Source: Nitrospinaceae bacterium
GTDB taxonomy: Bacteria > Nitrospinota > Nitrospinia > Nitrospinales > Nitrospinaceae
Length of the DNA stretch: 64,000 bases
Direction of reading: 5' to 3'
Assembly: GCA_965223665.1 (NCBI GenBank)
Contig: OZ245011.1
Coordinates: forward strand, 576,001-640,000
In this document: positions 58,733 through 64,000 of the stretch, piece by piece
Layout: every line of letters begins with the position of its first letter
Position numbering within the stretch: the stretch's first letter is position 1
The notes under the pieces: model-generated
Databases searched by the model: none
Seen by the model: only the letters and a program-made list of their open reading frames with translations
What the model was told of the DNA's origin: nothing
Made by a program: the position numbers and the translations under genes

Positions 58733-59611
58733 ATGGATGCAATAGTTCAAGATTTTATCGATCACTTGACAGTGGAAAGACGGCTTTCCACAAATACAGT
58801 GGAAGGTTATAAAAGAGATATAAGAAAACTGACCAGTTTTCTATGTTCACTTTCTTTGAAAGAAGTTCAAACCAGTGATATACGTCAATTTTTATTATCT
58901 TTGCAACGCCAAAATCTTTCTACTAGGACAATAGCTCGATGTTTGTCTTCCATCAAGGCTTTTTTTAAGTTTTTGTTGATTGAAGGCCAAATTCAAGAAA
59001 ACCCTGCCGAGATCCTGGAATCTCCAAAATTGTGGAGAAAACTTCCGAAGGTTTTGTCTTTGAATGAAGTTTCAAATTTATTAAATGGTCCTGATTTGTC
59101 AACTCTTATGGGACTGAGAGACAAGGCAATGCTCGAAGTGTTATATGCTACAGGTCTCAGAGTATCTGAGTTAGTTTCTATTCAGGTGGGAGATTTAAAC
59201 ATGGATATTGGGTACTGCAGATCTATGGGAAAAGGAAAAAAAGAGCGATTAATTCCTTTTGGTTTGGTGGCCAAGGGCTGGGTTGAAAATTATATAAATA
59301 ATGCCAGGCCTGCCTTATTAAAAGGGAAAAATCATCCTTATCTTTTTGTTTCCCAACGAGGTACAAAAATGACTCGCCAGGGATTTTGGAAAATCCTAAA
59401 ACGATACGCTAAAAAGACCCAAATGAAAGGAGTATTATCTCCCCATACTTTAAGACATGCATTTGCGACCCATTTATTGGAAGGAGGAGCAGATTTACGT
59501 TCTGTCCAGCAAATGCTGGGACACGCGGATATTTCAACCACGCAAATTTATACACATATTCTTGAAAAACGAATGCGGGAAGTCTTTGATCAATTTCACC
59601 CTCGCGCATGA
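58733..59611 (+). CDS. xerD: Tyrosine recombinase XerD
   Basis: LYATGLRVSEL, MTRQGFW, SPHTLRHAFATHLL, LGHADISTTQIYTH. Confidence 0.92.
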   Translation: MDAIVQDFIDHLTVERRLSTNTVEGYKRDIRKLTSFLCSLSLKEVQTSDIRQFLLSLQRQNLSTRTIARCLSSIKAFFKFLLIEGQIQENPAEILESPKLWRKLPKVLSLNEVSNLLNGPDLSTLMGLRDKAMLEVLYATGLRVSELVSIQVGDLNMDIGYCRSMGKGKKERLIPFGLVAKGWVENYINNARPALLKGKNHPYLFVSQRGTKMTRQGFWKILKRYAKKTQMKGVLSPHTLRHAFATHLLEGGADLRSVQQMLGHADISTTQIYTHILEKRMREVFDQFHPRA

Positions 59612-59639
59612 TATATTATTGTAAATAAACTTTATTTTC

Positions 59640-59668
59640 TTGACTGTCCATTTAATTACCGCTAACAT
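59640..59668 (+). promoter_or_regulatory. Sigma70-type promoter for the yceD-rpmF-plsX-fab operon
   Basis: TTGACT-17 bp-TAACAT. Confidence 0.5.
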
Positions 59669-59728
59669 TTTTAATCTTTTCTGCCCAACTTGTTCCTGGG
59701 GACTGGGATTAGGGCTTAACTGGCCGTT

Positions 59729-60271
59729 ATGAGTTTGATTTTTGAAATTGGGGAAATCCCAGAGTCGGATGACTTAATCCTTGATCAATGTGAACCTAAA
59801 TGCCATTTTTCAATTGATCCCTCAGAAGCAATATTAATTGATGATTTAAAGATCAAGGGGAAATTGGCTCGGGTTAAAGAAGATGTTTGTTTTTCGGGAT
59901 CAATATCTACTAAAATGCAGTTGATTTGTTCCCGTTGTTTAGAACCTTTTGACCATCAATTAAAATCAGAGGTTTCGAGTTATTATATCCCACGTCCCAC
60001 CAGCAAAGCTGAAGAAGGGCAAGAGGTTGAAATACATGCATCGGACGTGGATATAGAGTTTTATTCTGATGACAAAATAGATTTAACACAGTCTATTTAC
60101 GATCAGATTATGTTAAGTTTACCGATTATCAGGCTTTGTAACGAAAATTGCCTAGGTATATGCTCCCATTGTGGGGTAAATTTAAATACAAAAAATTGTA
60201 ATTGTGAAGATGAAGGGGATGTGGATCCTCGCTTTGCTGTTTTAAAATCATTAAAAAATAAATTAAAATAA
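59729..60271 (+). CDS. yceD: YceD/DUF177 family protein
   Basis: CSRCL, LC.ENCLGICSHCG.NLN...CNC, DPRFAVL; upstream of rpmF. Confidence 0.9.
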   Translation: MSLIFEIGEIPESDDLILDQCEPKCHFSIDPSEAILIDDLKIKGKLARVKEDVCFSGSISTKMQLICSRCLEPFDHQLKSEVSSYYIPRPTSKAEEGQEVEIHASDVDIEFYSDDKIDLTQSIYDQIMLSLPIIRLCNENCLGICSHCGVNLNTKNCNCEDEGDVDPRFAVLKSLKNKLK

Positions 60272-60286
60272 TATTGAGGAGATAAC

Positions 60287-60469
60287 ATGCCCGTACCAAA
60301 GAAAAAGACATCCAAATCGAAGAGAGGTATGCGAAGAGCACATGATAGCTTAAGCATTCCTTCCTATGGAGAGTGTCCTCAATGCCACGAGAATAAACGA
60401 CCACACCATGTCTGTCCCCATTGCGGCTATTATAAAGATAAAGAAATTATCGAAATAGAAACCGTTTAG
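60287..60469 (+). CDS. rpmF: 50S ribosomal protein L32
   Basis: [33 protein letters not shown]. Confidence 0.97.
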   Translation: MPVPKKKTSKSKRGMRRAHDSLSIPSYGECPQCHENKRPHHVCPHCGYYKDKEIIEIETV

Positions 60470-60641
60470 GGTTTAGTTTTTCAACAAGGGATATTTATTC
60501 CAATTCTAATTTAAAGAAAGAAAACAAATTTAACCTTGTGGCGTTTAAATAATAACTTTATACACCTCGATTTCCTCCGAAATTTTAAAGACCAAAAACT
60601 TATAGACCCTTTAGATTCTTCTGGAGGAGAATTTAAGCAAA

Positions 60642-61805
60642 ATGAAAATTGCCGTTGATGCAATGGGTGGAGATTTTGCTCCTGAGTCCATTGTAGAAGG
60701 ATCAGTTCTTGCCGCCAGAGAATTTGGCATTCCAATCATTCTGACTGGGATTGAAAGCCGCGTTCACCATGTTCTTGAAAAATATGATGACTGGAAATCT
60801 CTACCTATTGAAGTGCAGCACGCTGAAGAAGTTGTGGATATGGGAGAAAGTCCCAGTAAAGCTGTAAGAGGAAAAAGAAAATCTTCAATGAAAGTGGGGC
60901 TTGACTTAGTCAAAAGAGGTGAAGCCTCAGCGTTTGTAAGTGCGGGTAATACCGGGGCTGTGTTAGCTTATTCCACTATTATTTTAAGACCTTTAAAAGG
61001 AGTAGACCGACCTGCTATTGCTATTCAACTTCCTACACTCAAGGGGACCTCTATATTATTAGATGCAGGTGCTAATGTAGATTGTAAAACCATGCAGTTA
61101 TTTCAATTTGGTGTTATGGGCCATGTCTTTGCAAAATATATATTGGAAAAAGACAATCCAGGGGTAGGTTTATTGAGTATCGGTGAAGAAGATGGAAAAG
61201 GAAATGAGACCACAAAAGAAGCATTTAAGATGCTAAAAAAAAGTCATATTAATTTCATAGGAAATGTTGAGGGAAAAGAAGTCTATCGAGGGAATGCGGA
61301 CGTAATCGTTTGTGATGGTTTTACTGGAAATGTGGCGTTAAAAATAAGTGAAAGCCTCGCGGAAATGATAGGGACAAATTTAAAAACATTGTTCAGTACC
61401 AGTTATTCAACAAAATTAGGATATCTTTTATTAAAAAATCATTTGTTGGAATTTAAAAAATCTGTAGACTATTCAGAAAAAGGGGGGGCACCTTTATTGG
61501 GTGTCAATGGGGTTTGTATAATTGCTCATGGTAGCTCCAATGCCAAAGCAATTAAAAATGCAATTTTTCGTGCCCATGAACTCATCGAAAAAAAAATAAA
61601 TGAGCATATAAGTGAAGATATTGAAATCAATTTAGAGTCCAGTGTTGGGTCTTTTTGGCAAAACTTAAAAGAAAAAATTGTTCCTCGATCTGAGGAAGAG
61701 GAAAATATTCAGGAAGAAACCATTGAGGAACAAGAAGAGTCTTCAGAAACTGAAGAAGATGTCGATGAATCTGAAGATAAAGATAAAAAAGAAACAGAAG
61801 AGTAA
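60642..61805 (+). CDS. plsX: Phosphate acyltransferase PlsX with acidic C-terminal tail
   Basis: IAVDAMGGD, SAGNTGA, LDAGAN, CDGFTGNV.LK, GGAPLLG, HGSS. Confidence 0.96.
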   Translation: MKIAVDAMGGDFAPESIVEGSVLAAREFGIPIILTGIESRVHHVLEKYDDWKSLPIEVQHAEEVVDMGESPSKAVRGKRKSSMKVGLDLVKRGEASAFVSAGNTGAVLAYSTIILRPLKGVDRPAIAIQLPTLKGTSILLDAGANVDCKTMQLFQFGVMGHVFAKYILEKDNPGVGLLSIGEEDGKGNETTKEAFKMLKKSHINFIGNVEGKEVYRGNADVIVCDGFTGNVALKISESLAEMIGTNLKTLFSTSYSTKLGYLLLKNHLLEFKKSVDYSEKGGAPLLGVNGVCIIAHGSSNAKAIKNAIFRAHELIEKKINEHISEDIEINLESSVGSFWQNLKEKIVPRSEEEENIQEETIEEQEESSETEEDVDESEDKDKKETEE

Positions 61806-61842
61806 TTTGCAAAGGAATGCGGTTTAATTAAAACATTAACGC

Positions 61843-62844
61843 ATGAGCCAACAGATACCATTTAAGGCAGAGATAATCGCCACGGGTGCTTATCTGCCAG
61901 AAAAAGTACTTACTAATCAAGACTTAGAAAGTACCTTAAATACTACCGATGAGTGGATCCGAACCAGAACTGGTATCTCTGAACGGAGAATTGCTCGTAA
62001 AGACGAGTTTGCGTCAACTTTAGGAACCGAGGCTTCCAGAATGGCTTTATTAAAAGCTGGAATGAATCCTAAAGAAATCGACATGATAATTACTTGCACC
62101 TCGACACCAGATGTGATTTACCCATCCACCGGCTGTTTTATTCAAAAAGAATTAGGAGCATCCAAGGCGGCAGCTTATGACATTTCTGCAGTTTGTTCCG
62201 GGTTTGTTTATGGATTATCTATTGCAGAGCAGTATTTAAAGTGTGGGCGTTACGAAAATATTTTAGTCATAGGTACTGAAGTAAACTCTAGAATTTTGGA
62301 TTGGTCTGACCGTGGTACTTGTATATTATTTGGTGATGGAGCTGGAGCGGCAATTTTAAGGAAGTCCAGTAAAGAAATTCCCACTGGAATTTTATCCTCT
62401 CATATTTATTCCGATGGAACCCAATCAGAAATGGTTATTGTGCCTGGGGGAATAGGTAGAACTTCGATGACTCATGAGTCGGTTAACAATAAAATGTTTT
62501 GTTTGAAAATGGCTGGGCAGTCCACTTTCAAAGTGGCGGTAAAAAGAATGGTAGAAGTGAGTATTGAGGCATTAGAGCTACATGGGTTAACAAAAGATGA
62601 TGTGGATTTAGTCATTCCCCACCAAGCTAATCAAAGAATTATTGAGGCAGTTTCTGAAAAATTGGGAATCGGGATGGATCGCATTATGGTCAATATAAAT
62701 AAATATGGAAATACAGGAGGTGCTTCAATTCCCATTGCACTTCATGAAGCTTATGAATCCGGTAGAATTAAACCCGGTTCGCTGATACTACTAACCGCTT
62801 TAGGAGCGGGATTAACATGGGGGGCGACTGCAATTCGATGGTAA
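61843..62844 (+). CDS. fabH: Beta-ketoacyl-ACP synthase III
   Basis: WIRTRTGI, AVCSGF, LFGDGAGA, PHQAN, YGNT. Confidence 0.96.
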   Translation: MSQQIPFKAEIIATGAYLPEKVLTNQDLESTLNTTDEWIRTRTGISERRIARKDEFASTLGTEASRMALLKAGMNPKEIDMIITCTSTPDVIYPSTGCFIQKELGASKAAAYDISAVCSGFVYGLSIAEQYLKCGRYENILVIGTEVNSRILDWSDRGTCILFGDGAGAAILRKSSKEIPTGILSSHIYSDGTQSEMVIVPGGIGRTSMTHESVNNKMFCLKMAGQSTFKVAVKRMVEVSIEALELHGLTKDDVDLVIPHQANQRIIEAVSEKLGIGMDRIMVNINKYGNTGGASIPIALHEAYESGRIKPGSLILLTALGAGLTWGATAIRW

Positions 62845-63788
62845 AAATAGCTTTTCTTTTTCCAGGTCAAGGTTCCCAATTTGTTGGAATGGGAAAGGAA
62901 TTTTATGAGAGTGACCCAGAGTCTCGGTCAATGTTTGAAGAAGCTTCCGAAGTACTCGGAGAGGATTTCTCCAAAATTTGTTTTGAAGGACCGGAGGATG
63001 TTCTTAAATTAACTCAAAATGCGCAACCAGCACTATTAATCCATAGTACAATTGCCTTGAAAAGGCTAAAGGAAAATGGTATTAATTCGGTATTGGCGGC
63101 TGGCCATAGTTTAGGAGAATATTCTGCTTTAGTGGCCGCCGGCTCCTTGCAATTTAAAGATGCTGTGCATTTGGTAAGACAGCGAGGCCGTTTCATGCAG
63201 GAAGCTGTACCCGTGGGAATAGGGGCCATGTCAGCTATTATTGGTTTGCCTATTGAAAAGGTACAAGATCTTTGCAACCAAGCCTCCACTCCAGAAAAAG
63301 TTGTTCAACCCGCCAATATGAATAGCCCGCAACAAACTGTGATTGCAGGTCATAAGGAACAGGTTGAACAGGTGTCGGAATTAGCGAAAAAGTCTGGCGC
63401 AAAAAAGACCGTAATTTTGCCAGTCAGCGCTCCATTCCATTGCTCTCTCATGAAACCTGCAGAGAGAAAACTTCAAGTAGAGTTAGAAAAAACGGATTTT
63501 CAAAATTTGTCAATTCCAGTTGTTACAAATATTAATGCAAAACCAGTTACTCAAGGAAATGAAGCCAGGGAAGCTTTGGTGAAACAAGTATGTTCTCCTG
63601 TCCGCTGGACAGAAACTATGCAATATATTGTGAGTCAAGGCATTAATGCTATTGTAGAATTGGGGTCGGGAAAAGTTTTATCCGGGTTGATAAAAAGGTT
63701 TGATAAAAGTATTGAGTGTTTTCAAGTAGGGGATCCGGAATCATTAGAAAAATCAATTTCGGGTTTGAAACAAGTTCAAGCAGGATAA
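62838..63788 (+). CDS. fabD: Malonyl-CoA:ACP transacylase
   Basis: FPGQGSQ, AQPAL, GHSLGEY, SAPFHC. Confidence 0.96.
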   Translation: MVKIAFLFPGQGSQFVGMGKEFYESDPESRSMFEEASEVLGEDFSKICFEGPEDVLKLTQNAQPALLIHSTIALKRLKENGINSVLAAGHSLGEYSALVAAGSLQFKDAVHLVRQRGRFMQEAVPVGIGAMSAIIGLPIEKVQDLCNQASTPEKVVQPANMNSPQQTVIAGHKEQVEQVSELAKKSGAKKTVILPVSAPFHCSLMKPAERKLQVELEKTDFQNLSIPVVTNINAKPVTQGNEAREALVKQVCSPVRWTETMQYIVSQGINAIVELGSGKVLSGLIKRFDKSIECFQVGDPESLEKSISGLKQVQAG

Positions 63789-63790
63789 GG

Positions 63791-64000
63791 ATGGAGCTTA
63801 AAAATAAAATTGCATTGGTGACCGGTGGAGCCCGTGGTATTGGCAAAACTGTTGGTGAGCATTTGGGTCAATTAGGAGCCCATGTAGTCTTAGGTGATGT
63901 CCAATTGGATATGGCACAAAAGACGGCTGAAGAAATAAAAATGGATGGTGGATCTGCTTCAGCGGTGGAATTAAATGTTACGAACGGGGAACAAGTACAA
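63791..64000 (+). CDS. fabG: 3-oxoacyl-ACP reductase (partial, runs off the window)
   Basis: MELKNKIALVTGGARGIG directly after fabD. Confidence 0.9.
   Translation, partial: MELKNKIALVTGGARGIGKTVGEHLGQLGAHVVLGDVQLDMAQKTAEEIKMDGGSASAVELNVTNGEQVQ

Noticed and set aside
58733-59611. Tyrosine recombinase as the island integrase
   Set aside because: Motifs and housekeeping context indicate chromosomal XerD, 40 kb from the island edge
423-63846. Many short ORFs in the track antisense to or nested in called genes (e.g. 1884-2213, 6635-6949, 20930-21271, 27473-27886, 52495-52899)
   Set aside because: Shadow frames of well-supported genes, with no RBS or motif support
1-64000. CRISPR array, rRNA, IS/transposase
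   Set aside because: No regularly spaced identical repeats, rRNA-like sequence or transposase motifs seen by eye

Overview
AT-rich bacterial chromosomal window, probably from a Nitrospinota (Nitrospina-like) organism. That assignment is an inference from the five-subunit-type 2-oxoacid:ferredoxin oxidoreductase delta subunit and the gene content. Bases 1-18500 are an accessory island abutting the 3' end of a minus-strand tRNA-Pro(CGG) at 18501-18577. The island carries a secreted multidomain polymorphic toxin with a putative immunity gene, a HEPN(AbiU2-like) gene plus an unknown partner, a YHYH/endonuclease I/Zn-ribbon/SIR2 operon, two DNRLRE-domain surface proteins, and ankyrin, DUF2846, TPR-TonB and protease genes. 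The rest is mostly core genome: cmoA, leuA plus a degenerate leuA paralogue, gltBD, dnaK-grpE-dnaJ, a cheY-cheR-cheX-cheX cluster, pyrE, lptD, folC, motA with a motB carrying a ~285-aa coiled coil, peptide ABC ATPases, typA, xerD, and yceD-rpmF-plsX-fabH-fabD-fabG. The best candidate for an undescribed system is the two-gene locus at 51778-55128. It encodes a very basic protein (histone-like N-terminus, 29-aa amphipathic repeats in a 4x29 super-repeat, C-terminal HEXXH/DUF4157-like metallopeptidase) followed 9 bp later by a minimal gingipain/caspase-fold (C25-like) cysteine protease. All calls come from motif recognition by eye; no database searches were run.
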